This document shows, piece by piece, positions 1 through 12,305 of a DNA stretch of 64,000 nucleotides; position 1 is the first letter of the stretch; each line of letters begins with the position of its first letter. Under the pieces are notes generated by a model that was given only the letters and a program-made list of their open reading frames with translations, made no database searches and had not been told where the DNA came from. The stretch is taken from contig OZ116705.1 in the NCBI GenBank assembly GCA_964199315.1, positions 7,440,001-7,504,000 of the forward strand. Direction: 5' to 3'. The position numbers and the translations under genes were made by a program. Origin of the DNA: Orbicella franksi (taxonomy: Eukaryota).

Positions 1-384
1 CCCGGATTAAATAAAATAGTTGAACAGTCAGTCTCAAAAGCCCATCAGTCAATAACTCCTGATCCTGGATCAATAAAACCTTTCTACAGTTTCCAGACTA
101 AATATTTTGCTGATTAAATCCTGATTCCACGGATCACCCATCTCTGAAATCATCGAAGGCTATTTTGGATTCCTATTCAGCACTGAGCCTTTCTGGGTAG
201 GGGGCGGGGGGCGGGGAGGGGGGGGGGGATCGTAACGTTCGGACTCAACTAAAACATGTTCCACATGTGGGCCAATCCAAATAAAAGACATGTTCTCAAT
301 ATATATAAAGAGAAGTTAGGAACAAATTTTGTTACACGAACATAGTGAATATCGTTTATTTTCAGTTTTTCCCTCCATCGCAGG

Positions 385-535
385 GTTACCCCCAGAATTA
401 AACTCGCCGGTACCCATCTAAATGCACCTGGCATGGGTGAGGAGAGGCACTGTGAGAGTAAAGTGTCTTACCCAAGAACACAACACCACGATCCCGGCCA
501 GGGCTGGCGAACCCGGATTGCTTGATCCCGAGCAC
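385..535 (-). mobile_element. tRNA-derived SINE fragment
   Basis: Reverse complement has a B-box-like ccgggttcg followed by ttgtgttcttgggtaagacactttactctcacagtgcc. Same family as 916-1035 and 32890-33470. Confidence 0.75.
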
Positions 536-915
536 AGGGAGTATATTACCTTGCTCAGTGTTTCGCCACCTAACCAACAAGATCCGCGTCTCCTGATACT
601 CACCTTTTCGACGAAATTCAACCATGGCAACGGCGTCTGGGAGAGGCAGGTGCAGAAGCCGAGTGACGGTCTGGGACGAGGGTAAGCGACACTAGTTTGT
701 AGAAAAATAGGCACTCAAAGGAGTGCATGCTGCTAGAGTCGATTCATTAGTCTGTCAGCGTGTGTCTAGTTCGCCAGACGCCCAACTGAGAAAGGAGGCT
801 GTCTGCAATTAATAGGCAGATCTTCATTAATGCAAGGACGAGGTATATAGTGAAAGAGGTGGACGTGAGCAGAACTATAGGCACACAAATACCTCAGGGT
901 TCTCGGGAATGAAGT

Positions 916-1035
916 GGAGGCGCGGTCGTCGCCGGATCCAGTGGTCCGGGTTCGAGTCCTGGCCGGGGACATTGTGTTGTGTTCTTGAGCAAGACATTAA
1001 ACTCTAACTGTGCTTCTCTCTCCACCCACGTGTAT
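916..1035 (+). mobile_element. tRNA-derived SINE fragment, inverted relative to 385-535
   Basis: ggaggcgcgg...ccgggttcgagtcctggccggggacattgtgttgtgttcttgagcaagac. Confidence 0.75.
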
Positions 1036-1182
1036 TTCGCACGTTGAAGACTGCAGTTTAGGCAGTCGGAAACTTGATATTCTTAGTCAGAGAACGTTTT
1101 CGAATTTTACTATGATTTATCCTGGCTGCAGTCCCTCAATATTTTCATAATCATAATTGTGACTCTAAGTTAACAACTCTGA

Positions 1183-2538
1183 TCAGTGCCTTTCTATTTT
1201 GTCCTCATTCATTACTAGGTTACTACATATGATGCCAATCTCATTTGCAAGGGTGTCGACCGTTTCAAAATCCTTCCATTGTATTTTGCGTCCTTTTCTG
1301 ATGTCCAGACCAACTTGTTTGTAATGTTGATCTAGAACTTTTAAACAGTGGTTAGTTTTCTTGTTACCAATGCACGGTGTTTCACCTGGAGTGATCCTAT
1401 GAAGATCGTGGTAAAAAAGAACAAAGTTATCGGCTAGTGAGACTGAATGATTGGAACACATGGCCTGTGGGTTTCCCGCTGCCTCGTGTGACAGACAGTA
1501 ACTGCTAAAGATGTTTGGGAAAAGGGGCTCTTTTGCGTAAGGCACATGAAAAGCCGTTTGCGGCTGGGACAGAATATCCTCTGTGTCTTGTGGCGTAATT
1601 TTGTGGCCGACTGGGAGCCGTCTATTGTATGATTTCAGCTCACTGCATATCTTTAGGTTCCAGTCGTATCGATCTCTCTCGAAGAACCAAGCGTAACTAA
1701 TCACTACACTGACAGGTGATATCAAATTGTTACCATGGTATATCTTCTTAAAGGCTTCTTCAAAGTTTCTTGTATTAAATCTTTTTAGAATGTACTCTCT
1801 GCAGTGCGTAAAAGTGTCGCGGTAAATGTAGACAGGAAAATACGTCATGAAATCTGCCACCATCGGTACCCCAAGCGCCATTTCGTTAGCGTGCGCCCAC
1901 TTTCGCACCCAGCCGAATTGCATAGAGCACTCAGAACCCAGAATGCGTATCCTTGAGCCGTTCAATATGGTTGCTTTTGTTACTGGTGTAAGAAATGCAA
2001 CATCGTTATCCATCCATGCGACAATGCGGTCGTTTGTGTATAGATCAATAAAGAAACTGCTCCAGAGTTGGCGGTTGTAACCCGCAGATAAACGAGAGCC
2101 ATTGAAGTTTAAAACATTTGCGTCTTTGGGTAACGACTCGAAGGCCACCTCAAGTTTGCGATCTGGAAAGTGTTGCTTGATTTGACTTGTTAAGTTTTTG
2201 GCAAAAATATGATCCTGCTCCGATTCTTCGTCAAGAACTACGACTGTCTTTCCAAACGATGCAGGCCAGAAGAGAACAGCAGTCCTGTAAAGATCACAGT
2301 AGAAACGAGTCCTGTGTTGTTTTAGTTTGCCCGCCATCCTCACGAACAGCGTGATCGATGAGATGCTAGGAGTTGGCTTACATTTATGATTTCGACTTTC
2401 TTTGGCAGCGGTATCAAAATACTCATTTTTGTCGCTCTCGCACAGCATTTTCATGCTAAAAATGAAACAGATGAAAGCGATTAATTTGAATCCATGCCTC
2501 CATTCAAACCTTACGATCTTCAAAAAAATTGTTGCCAT
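1183..2538 (-). CDS. 451-aa type II membrane protein, putative GT-A-fold glycosyltransferase (paralog 1)
   Basis: Uninterrupted ORF. Short basic N-tail, one hydrophobic segment (GFKLIAFICFIFSMKML), stem, then a luminal domain with a hydrophobic strand + DxD (IVAWMDNDVAF). Function is inferred from topology and motif only. Confidence 0.85.
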   Translation of the reverse strand: MATIFLKIVRFEWRHGFKLIAFICFIFSMKMLCESDKNEYFDTAAKESRNHKCKPTPSISSITLFVRMAGKLKQHRTRFYCDLYRTAVLFWPASFGKTVVVLDEESEQDHIFAKNLTSQIKQHFPDRKLEVAFESLPKDANVLNFNGSRLSAGYNRQLWSSFFIDLYTNDRIVAWMDNDVAFLTPVTKATILNGSRIRILGSECSMQFGWVRKWAHANEMALGVPMVADFMTYFPVYIYRDTFTHCREYILKRFNTRNFEEAFKKIYHGNNLISPVSVVISYAWFFERDRYDWNLKICSELKSYNRRLPVGHKITPQDTEDILSQPQTAFHVPYAKEPLFPNIFSSYCLSHEAAGNPQAMCSNHSVSLADNFVLFYHDLHRITPGETPCIGNKKTNHCLKVLDQHYKQVGLDIRKGRKIQWKDFETVDTLANEIGIICSNLVMNEDKIERH

Positions 2539-2902
2539 CTTTATAAGCGTTTCTTGTGAGGTTGTGAAGAAATAATAATAAAAAATAGTAATCTTTACTC
2601 AAGTGTCATACAATTTTAGGTTTGAAAGCTAATTGATTTGATACTTAGCGACCCCATCGGAGTCGCTAGAATGTGCTTATATGCCCTACGTGATGAATAT
2701 AGGACATTAGAGAACGTGCACAATTTTGATTTTGAAACCTTGTGCCAGATCTCTGATTTGATTCTCCAGGGAGCTACTTCACATATTGTTCTCACGAATC
2801 TACAGTGGTGTTTTTTTTTTTTCAAAATTGAATGAAGTACAACAACAACCACCTAAATCAGGGGATAATTAACCCATCGAAACTCACGAGTTAAATATCC
2901 AT

Positions 2903-3402
2903 ATTTATTATATGGCTGTGTCTCACAAGGACTGGGAACTACCAAATTCACGCATTTGATTGGCTGAAATCGATATTGACCGCGGTCTATATTTTCCCAT
3001 CTAGACCGGCATCTGTAGACCGGTTTTATTTTGCGTTGAAAAAGTAGCAAACTAAAATACAAAAATGTTCACCATTTTCTTTTATTTTCTTCTCAATCAT
3101 TTATGGAAGTGCCAAAAAGCCTGATGACAAAAAAAAAATTAAAGAAGACGAACAAATTTCGGCAGGTTTAAGTTAAGCTCATCGCCGTTCGCAAGCAAAA
3201 TGTCAGCAACCCAGGTACATTAAACGAATTAAAGTTTCCTTGTTTGCCATATAATAAACATCTTATTAACGGAGCTAAGTCGGTCTGTATGGGAGAATCT
3301 AGACCTCGGTCGTGTGTACAGACCTCACTGCGTTCGGTTTGTACTCACGACCTCGGTCAAGATTCTCCCATACAGACCTCCAGCTCGGTTAATAAGAGCT
3401 AA
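2903..3402. mobile_element. ~500-bp MITE-like insertion present only in unit 1
   Basis: Absent at the matching site of unit 2 (~12670). Contains the internal inverted repeat gtctgtatgggagaatc / gattctcccatacagac. A related fragment is at ~56520-56600. Confidence 0.7.
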
Positions 3403-3539
3403 ATACACACACACGTTCGTGCCGTCATCACGAAATATTTATCTTTTACCGTCATAACACATCAAAAAAACTCTCACATAAGTTCTTACAATTATATTTA
3501 TAATTTTTAGAAACACAGGAAGTTGAGTGATTCAATGGG

Positions 3540-4830
3540 TTGTTAGAAACACTACGCCCTTCAGTTAAAGACGGGCCCCATGGGAAACAGTGGGGGTTTT
3601 TTACGCCGAGATCCTCAAGTTCCCCCTAAGCTTCGCCTCCGGGAAAATTAAGGGTCGAGGCGGAGGGGAAACAAAACTCGCTGTTTTCCTCAAACCTAAG
3701 TTTTCTTATACCTCCCAACTCAAAAAGAAAACAAAATTTTGAAAAAAAAAAAAAAAAAGAAATTTGCTTGACGCTGGCTGACACACAAATTTTCCTCGGC
3801 TTCAAGGTGCCATGAGTGAATGCGTTCCTTAGTAACTTGACATTATTGAAGCCCTTGAGAAGTTTCAAGGTGCAGGACCAACTTAACTCACTTGCGAGTC
3901 AAAAAGTTAAAATTCGTTGTTAGGAAGTTAGTGAGTTTTGTTTGCCCCAGGAGATGTAATGAGTTTTGATCCATGACATGTGAAAAGTTCTCTTCCAATC
4001 GGAAAAATGCGTATTTGAGTTGAGAGACAAAGTGGTGTCAGTAATCAGTGCTTTTGCACAGACGGTTGATGTAATGATTTAATGATCGGATTTTTGCATA
4101 ACGATGATACTGTTCAACTTTCTGCGACTAGAGCACCACGATATCAATCGAAATGAAAATCGAGCGTCACTGGTATGCTAAAAAGAACTTGTGAAACGTA
4201 GTACATGGAGAAAACTTTAGTTCTTAGTATTGAAGGAAATATTGGCTTTCAAAATCTGTATGTACTTTGATCCGCTCAGCCTTCGACAACAAGTAACTCG
4301 GTCAGTAAATAGTGAGTAGCGTAGCAATGTACCCTTCTTAACAAAATGACGGCCGCTTCTTGGCGTTTTCGAAGTGTCTGTGAAGAGGACTTAGATAAAG
4401 TTTTGAACGACTAGTGGATTTCTAGTAAAACAATTAGATTATTCGCTCTCGATTTCTATGCGTGATATAGTTGACGCGGGCTGCGTCAACTATATATCAC
4501 GCATAGTAAATGAAATTGAATTAAGTGTGTTTTGTTTATTTTCCTTTTTTACATTTGGCTTTCACGGCTTTCACAGTCTAAAAAAGTTGAAAATAATTAG
4601 AGATGATTATTGAACTGGGGCGCGGAAGTAAATTTATTGGTGAACAATGTAAACAAAAGGAACTATCGGTCTGATAGTTGCCCCCTTGAAATTTGATGTT
4701 CTTAAAATTAGCACATTTGCCCTCGAAGCTTCGCTTCACAGGCAAATATTTGTTTTCAGGACATCAAATTTCCGCGGGGCAAGTATCAACCCATAGTTCC
4801 TCGACAGAAACACTCTATTGTTTAAATAGA
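3540..4830. repeat. Cluster of non-autonomous repeats/MITEs including a near-perfect hairpin at 4455-4506
   Basis: Duplicated at ~12800-14010; 3765-3910 recurs at ~8995-9130. Hairpin: ctatgcgtgatatagttgacgc...gcgtcaactatatatcacgcatag. Confidence 0.6.
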
Positions 4831-5484
4831 AATCTTGAGCTCATAATCGAATTGTTTTAGTAGAACTCTTTCTTAAATTTGCTTCAGCTTACCATTTCCA
4901 ATTGTTTTTGTTCATCGTATTTAACTTTACGCTTGAGAAAAATCGCGCGGACTGAATTATCGTTTATAATTTCCTGTTGTGTACGAGCACTCATCAGTTT
5001 TTTCAACATTTTCCTTTTTCTTTTTTAAGTCACAAAACCGTGAAAGCTAGCCGTTCAGTTTAATCTTCTCAGGAATTTAATTATCCTTTTGCATTTAAAT
5101 GTTCTTCCGAAACCTCGCAAAAACGAGAAAACGTCGCTATTTCACAGACGACCTCCAACCACAATAGTATATGAGTAGCTCAGCCAATCAGATTGCAGCA
5201 TTTGCATTCGTGTACTAGTAGAATTCTACTTAAGGCGGGGGTTAACATGAAGGCCGTATTTTTGCTGGGTATTATGGTTTGAATGTAAATATCCCATTCA
5301 CGTTTCAAGCGGTGAACAATCTCTCTCCTCATTTCACGTAGATACGTTTTAGGCTGTTTTGTAATTTTGTTTGGTGATCTTTGGGTATATTTGGGGATAA
5401 ATAGTTTTTCTCAAAGGATTAATAAAATTTATGGAAATAGGAAATTTTGCAGATTTGATGTCGTTTTAAAATTAGAATTTGAAG

Positions 5485-8310
5485 TTAGAAATTGGTAGAC
5501 GTACACGCAGTTTCAACGTTGTCAACGCTATTAATGATGTCATCCATGTATGTATTGTTTGTGAGTAGCTCAGATGCTTTCGGGTAATTTTCTTTAGCCA
5601 TCTCTGCTGTTTTGCGTAGTACTACAGTTGCTATAGTTCCAGAGGATTTATCTCCAAAGGAAAACCTATGAATAACGTACGTGTCTGGTTCTCTAGTTGT
5701 ATCCATATCCCTCCAGAGGAAGCGGTGCATGTGTTGTTCCAGCACTCCCGTTCTGACTGTGTAATTCATTTTCTCGATGTCGCCGATGAATACTATTTCA
5801 TTCTCTCGAAATCTGATGAGTATTCCAAGCAGACTGTTTAAAAGGTCGGGTCCCTTAGCCCAATATTCGTTTAGTATATACATGACCCATGTAATTGGCA
5901 CCGTTTTTAAAGACAATTCTTACTGATTTGCAGTCTGGCTTTAGCACTTCGTGATGTGAAATGTAGTGAGCAGGTCCTTTGTATTTCTGCAATTCTTCTC
6001 GAGTTAGTTTGCGAGCTACATCTCTATCTATCATGTCCTGTACCTGTTGTTGGTAAATTTCAGCGTGTTTCTTATTTTTAGAAAGTCGTTTTTCGGTTGA
6101 TATTAGCATGCCGAATGCTGCTCTTCTGTTGTCTGGGATATCAAAAGGATCTCTGATCCAAGGGTATTCTGCAGTCCACAATTTTTCTTTTGCGTCATGG
6201 CCATATTTTTCTCAATTAATGCTAACTCCTTTTCTTCCTTGACTGTGTAGGTGTTGCTACCGAGTGAGCACCTACCGCACTTGCATCCACCGCAGCGAGG
6301 CTTACATTGTATCCCGAGATTCTCCATGTTGTAGAAGTCTTCGATTTTTGCCATCTTGACATGATGGGCGTCCACAGTTCCAATGAGGGACTTTTCGTTG
6401 ATTCCCTTGAGAACTGGGTGTGTTCCACCTACGCATCGTCCGGATTGATTTCTCAATAAAAGTAGATGTCCAGAACTTTGTTCCTTTAAAGGATGGAAGT
6501 CTGCGTATTCATAGCCTATTAAGGTGTCAACCTCTCCGGTGGGCCTCATTAATTCGTCCTCGTATACGTGTTTGAATAGTTTAGAGACCCCTTTTATGTC
6601 GACTACTGGAATGGGGGAGGTTGTCTTGTCGATTCCGTAAACGTCGAATACGACTGTTTTGCCCTGCTTGTCAATAAGTGGGAGCTTGTACTTAAAGATG
6701 TCCACGTTTTCACTTTCTCCGCCTACTTTGATAATTGACAGTTGCGTTTTGATACCCTTGAGGTTTTCAGCTCTTGCTTTTGCGTTTGTGATAAAACATA
6801 ATGACGCTCCTGTGTCCCACAAGACGTTTGCGAATCCATTCTTTGTAGGTATCTTCTGTATTTGGAGTAAGCACGTTTCAATTTTGTTATTGCATACACT
6901 TGCAGTACCGCTTGCGGAAACAATGTTAGGTGGCGATTTTTTTGTCCTGTTCTTCTTCATGTAGTGTTTTGTGGTGAAACCTTTTGCAGTCGTTAACGCC
7001 ACATGGTTTCTTGCCTCTACAGTCTTGAGATCTGTGACCCCGTTTTAAGCAGTACCAGCATGCTCCCTTTTCCTTTAATGTGTCACGCCTTTCTTGTACT
7101 GGTTTTGAGAGATTATATTCTATTCATTAGTCCAGTGATTAGCACCTTCATGGTATAGGCATTTGTTTCGCTTGTAGCGTGATGTATCTTGTCCTTCTAG
7201 GATGGTGACTTTGTCAATCCTTTTCTCTAGATGATGAAGTGAGCCCCTTACTGGAAGGTTGCTGTTTGAGCGTAGTTCTGCGTTTTCGTATTCTATTGCT
7301 TGTTTTTGTTCAAGGAGAAATCTTAACAGACTTGGAAACTTGTCTTTTTTATCGACGGGACAGTGTTCGGAGCTTACCAGTTTCGCCCACTGTCTTTTCA
7401 CATCATTTGGCAATTTTCTTTCTATTATGCTCACAGAACTGGTTGTGGTCATTTCTTTCCCTAGACCCAATCTTCTCAAGTCTCGGTAACCGTCGTCGAT
7501 GACGTCGATAAATTCGACGAATTTTTTGTTTTCGCCTTCTCTGATGGGTTTCATGTTTTGAATTGCACACATTACGACGTCAGCGACTTTTGCAGGATCG
7601 CCGTATTTTTCGTCCAGTCTCTTCCACATCGCATTATTATCGTCATCGACGCTTTTTACCGTATCGGCTGGTTCCTTTCCAAGTCATGATCGGAGAACAT
7701 ATGGTGCGTTCTCGGCATTAATTGATGGCATGATTTGTTTTTCAAAGCCTGTTTTGAATTGTGGATAATTTCTTACATCTCCGTGAAATGACGGCATCTT
7801 GATTTTTTCGAGTTGCAGCGGACTGCCTTTGTCTTTCGCCTTGTTATCGTTTCTTTTAGTCGAGATAAATGCTTCGATACGGCCACTGATCTCTTGATGG
7901 CGAGCGTGCATGTTTCGAATCCATTCGATTTCCTTTTCGACGTTATCGTGGTCAAGTAGCTCGAGCTTTGTGTTATGCAATGTATTACAGCCCGCGAGCG
8001 CGATATCTAAATCTCTTTCGGTTTTGCGCAAAGCTTCGGGAGTGTTTACGTCTTTATTTTGTGATTCCATCGTGTTGTATGCGTGTTTCACTAATGTGTC
8101 AAAGATAGTTCCCATGGACTTCTTTTTTATACTAAATTGTTCCAATAGTCGTCTGAGTTTTTCTTGTTCAAGTCTCATTGATTCTTGTTTGTGAAATTCT
8201 TCCACTCGTTTCTGCTCGGGTAAGGTTTGATCGTTGACGTACTGCGTGTGAGTAGTCGCTGCTTCTTCGTACAATTCTTGTAATTCGTTTATCTATGCTT
8301 CGTTTTGCAT
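5485..8310 (-). mobile_element. Decayed Bel/Pao LTR-retrotransposon internal region (gag, Zn knuckle, aspartic protease, partial RT), copy 1
   Basis: LEKIKMPSFHGD gag motif, VLWDTGASLCFIT protease, CGGCKCGRC, KGPDLLNSLLGILIRFR and YMDD RT motifs. Broken by stops and frameshifts. No RNaseH, integrase or LTR seen. Confidence 0.92.
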
Positions 8311-10949
8311 GTTGGTTCTGTGTCAATTGGTCAGTGATACAGTAATTAGGCAATCATCGTTTGTCACGTTATGCGTGCGTAATTATGTGAAATTATAATC
8401 AATGACGACACAAAAGGGCTGTTGTCCCGTCACTGAAGTAAGCTGGAAACAACAAAGCTGTCAAACGTCTGCGCATGTGCGAGCTATGGGGCAACTAAAG
8501 GCAGCCAAAATATTTTCATAACCTTGTTCTTTTCGTGGGTCATCGACATCCTATAAGTAACATTGTCCTCGTTATTTATATATTTGTTTGTGTTTTAGCT
8601 TGCACAACGAGAGCTAACAGAAATAAGAGTTAAAAATTGTTCTACCTTCTGCTTGTTGCAGGTCTTTCCTTTCCGCGGTATGCATTTTCCGTGCTTCTTG
8701 AATTTTTTGTCCGCCTCGACTTTGCATTTAGTGCACCAGTTTGTCCAAGGTTTGTAGTTTGGAAAAGATTTTCCCACCTGGTCAAAGACCTGCTACAGGC
8801 GGTTTGGAATCGGTATTTTGGCCAGCTATGCCCCCATGACGATGGACATGAACATCGTTTGTCGTTTCGATTCATCTCGTTCTTTTGCCTCAGACAAATC
8901 CTGGATCCGGACGGAATCCTCCCAGTCCTTGCCAAGATTTTTCCAGCTCGTCGCTGGTAAAATTTTTGATAAAATAAAATGCGAAAAAATTATTGCTTGA
9001 CGCCGGCTGGCACACAAAGTTTCCTCGGCTTCAAGGTGCCATGAGTCAATTGGTTCCCTAGAAACACTGAAGCCCTTGAGAATTAAGTTTCAAAGTGCAG
9101 GACCAAATCACGCGCGAGTCAAAAGTTTAATTTGTTTTTGGCCGAGCCGGACCCAAAAAAATCTAGAAAGTTTACGAGTGCACGTCCCCCACTACATAAC
9201 AACCATAACTAATTGTACTCTGTGAAGGGTGTAAACAATAGAAAATGGAAAATGTAATGGGCTGCATCATTCAGTTCGAGATTATTCCAGCCCTCTTTCG
9301 CTCATTCGCCCTTCTAAATGACAGGAGGCGAAAAAAAAAGTAATAAGATTTAAGATTTCATTCACTGATATAAATCTTTGTTTTTTTCCTTTGACATGAC
9401 TGTTTAAGCTGGGGGCTTAAATGGTTGTATCATCCTAACCGTGACAACTTCATGCCATGTTTGGTCGGGTGAAGTTATTTTACGTGACACAGTCAAAATA
9501 CAGGATTATAGTCAAAATGAAAGTTCATCAGATTTTTAAATTTAATTTTGGTTAATTTCCATTTGAAAACGTTTTGTTGGCGATAACATTCCAGTTCTAA
9601 AGACCTGGTATTAAAAAAGGACGATTTCCAAAAATAACGTGAAGTGTTTTCGACTAGGTTCCCGGGGCGGAGAGAACGGGAAACGGGAACTCTCTAACCT
9701 ATAAAGCTGCTTTACGGCAGAGCTACATTTGAATGAGAACACGAATGATCCAGACATAACACTTTATGAAAATAACATCTGCAGCTGGAAATTCGAGAAC
9801 TCGTAACCTCGCCAAGCAGAGTCCAAGCAGGATCAAGCTCAAGGCCATTATGCCAGGACAAATAACCGGACCATACCGCACGTGAAAGAGCCTGGGGCAA
9901 AAATCGACCACAGACATCGGTTTTTCCGATATTCAAAGGAATAAAAGATATTGTATTTCCCGTGGCCGGTCTGTGTCGCTATCCGGGAAATTTTGTGATC
10001 AGGTGTTTTTTTGGTGGGCGAACGGGGGAAACCCCTTTCCCCGTTCGAACAAAAAGAACGCCTGATCACAGGTTGTATCCGGGAAAGCAAGTGTTCAACA
10101 GGAAACACCTGATGGAAACTCCCTTCGGAAAAGTCGACCAGCTGTCCACGCCCGTATCTAGCTTGTTCCTTTATTATCTGGTTGGACTTAATCTTTGATC
10201 CCAGGGAAAAGTTTCCGGATAGCGGAAGGTATCTACACACTGTACCTACTCATCGCTGTCCCAGTGGACGTTCGTCAAAAAATCACAACGAATTCAGGAG
10301 AAATAAACAAAAGAACTGAGTTGATGTCTCTCAATTAAAGAAATTAAAACAGATATACTTTCTTGCTTGCGTGACCCTCGCACAACTGATTTCATTCTAG
10401 GGTCAGGGAGCAACGGTTGTCTTTTGAAAGAGTAGCTGAGTCAATTCTCAAACACCTACAGTATAGGTGAATAGGTTCCACGGCCGATTGACAACAAAAA
10501 AAACATTCACTGGGCTGACAGTACATGATTCAGCACCACAGGGAAGTGTATGAAAAAAAACGCTTAAGGCCACAGATTGCGTCAATTCGGAGCATGGACA
10601 TCTCTGATCATAATTCGCCCGGATTAAATAAAATAGTTGAACAGTCAGTCTCAAAAGCCCATCAGTAAATAACTCCTGATCCTGGATCAATAAAACCTTT
10701 CTACAGTTTCCAGACTAAATATTTTGCTGATTAAATCCTGACTCCACGGATTACCCATCTCCGAAATCATCGATGGTTACTTTGGATTCCTATTTAGCAC
10801 CTGAGTAGGAGGGGGCGGGGGAAGGGAGTCGTAACGTTCGGACCCAACTAAAACATGTTCCACATGTGGGCTAATCCAAATGAAAGATATGTTCTCAACA
10901 TAATAATCATAATCATAATTGTGACTCTAAGTTAACAACTCTAATCAGG

Positions 10950-12305
10950 TTAGTGCCTTTCTACTTTGCCATCATTCATTACCAGATTACTACATATGAT
11001 GCCAATCTCATTTGCAAGGGTGTCGACCGTTTCAAAATCCTTCCATTGTATTTTGCGTCCTTTTCTGATGTCCAGACCAACTTGGTTGTAATGACGATCT
11101 AGAACTTTTAAACAATGGTCAGTTTTCTTGTTACCAGTGCACGGTGTTTCACCTGGAGTGATCCTTTGAAGATCGTGGTAAAAAAGAACAAAGTTATCGG
11201 CTAGTGAAACTGAATGATTGGAGCACATGGCCTGTGGGTTTCCCGCTGCCTCGTGTGACAGACAGTAACTGCTAAAGATGTTTGGGAAAAGGGGCTCTTT
11301 TGCGTAAGGCACATGAAAAGCCGTTTGCGGCTGGGACAGAATATCCTCTGTGTCTTGTGGCGTAATTTTGTGGCCGACTGGGAGCCGTCTATTGTATGAT
11401 TTCAGCTCACTGCATATCTTTAGGTTCCAGTCGTATCGATCTCTCTCGAAGAACCAAGCGTAACTTATCACTACACTGACAGGTGATATCAAATTGTTAC
11501 CATGGTATATCTCCTCAAAAGCTTCTTCAAAGTTGCTTGTATTAAATCTCTTTAGAATGTACTCTCTGCAGTGCGTGAAAGTGTCGCGGTAAATGTAGAC
11601 AGGAAAATACGTCATGAAATCTGCCACCATCGGTAACCCAAGTGCGCTTTCGGTAACACTCGCCCAGTTTCGCACCCAGCTGATTTTCATAGTGCACTCA
11701 GAACCCAGGATGCGTATCCTTGAGCCGTTAAATATGGTTGCTTTTGTTACTGGTGTCAGAAACGCAACATCGTTATCCATCCATGCTATAATGGGATCGT
11801 TTGTATATAGATCAATAAAGAAACTACTCCAGAGTTGGCGGTTGTAACCCGGAGATTTTTGAGCACCCTTGAACTTTAAAACACTTGCGTCTTTGGGTAA
11901 CGACTCGAAGGCCACCTCAAGTTTGCGGTCTGGAAAGTGTTGTTTGATTTGAGTTGTTAAGTTATTGGCAAAAATATGATCCTGCTCCGATTCTTCATCG
12001 AGAACTACGACTGTCTTTCCAAACGATGCAGGCCAGAAGAGAACAGCAGTCCTGTAAAGATCACAGTAGAAACGAGTCCTGTGTTGTTTTAGCTTGCCCG
12101 CCATCCTCACGAACAGTGTGATCGATGAGATGCTAGGAGTTCGAGTATGAATACAATTTTGAATTTCTTTGACAGCGGTGTGGAAATACCCATTTTTGTC
12201 GCTCTCGTAGAGCATTTTTATGCTAAAAATCAAACAGATGAGAGCGATTATTTTGAATCCATGCCTCCATTTAAACCTTACGATCTTCAAAAAAATTTTC
12301 GCCAT
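10950..12305 (-). CDS. 451-aa putative GT-A glycosyltransferase (paralog 2)
   Basis: ATG at 12305 (MAKIFLKIV) aligns with the paralog 1 start and gives the same 1356-nt length. DND motif intact. Confidence 0.85.
   Translation of the reverse strand: MAKIFLKIVRFKWRHGFKIIALICLIFSIKMLYESDKNGYFHTAVKEIQNCIHTRTPSISSITLFVRMAGKLKQHRTRFYCDLYRTAVLFWPASFGKTVVVLDEESEQDHIFANNLTTQIKQHFPDRKLEVAFESLPKDASVLKFKGAQKSPGYNRQLWSSFFIDLYTNDPIIAWMDNDVAFLTPVTKATIFNGSRIRILGSECTMKISWVRNWASVTESALGLPMVADFMTYFPVYIYRDTFTHCREYILKRFNTSNFEEAFEEIYHGNNLISPVSVVISYAWFFERDRYDWNLKICSELKSYNRRLPVGHKITPQDTEDILSQPQTAFHVPYAKEPLFPNIFSSYCLSHEAAGNPQAMCSNHSVSLADNFVLFYHDLQRITPGETPCTGNKKTDHCLKVLDRHYNQVGLDIRKGRKIQWKDFETVDTLANEIGIICSNLVMNDGKVERH

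Larger units (their letters stand above)
1..8203. repeat. Segmental duplication unit 1 (GT-like gene + MITE cluster + Bel/Pao remnant)
   Basis: Position 1 (cccggattaaataaaatagttgaacag) recurs at 10618. Colinear similarity, with copy-specific indels, runs to gtgaaattcttccac at ~8203 / ~16941. Confidence 0.95.

Noticed and set aside
8310-8600. 5' LTR and primer-binding site of the Bel/Pao element
   Set aside because: No TG...CA boundary with an adjacent TGG PBS and no second LTR in the window.
8595-9017. Several short overlapping ORFs with Cys/Lys-rich stretches
   Set aside because: Stops in the best frame, no domain recognised, and it runs into a repeat.
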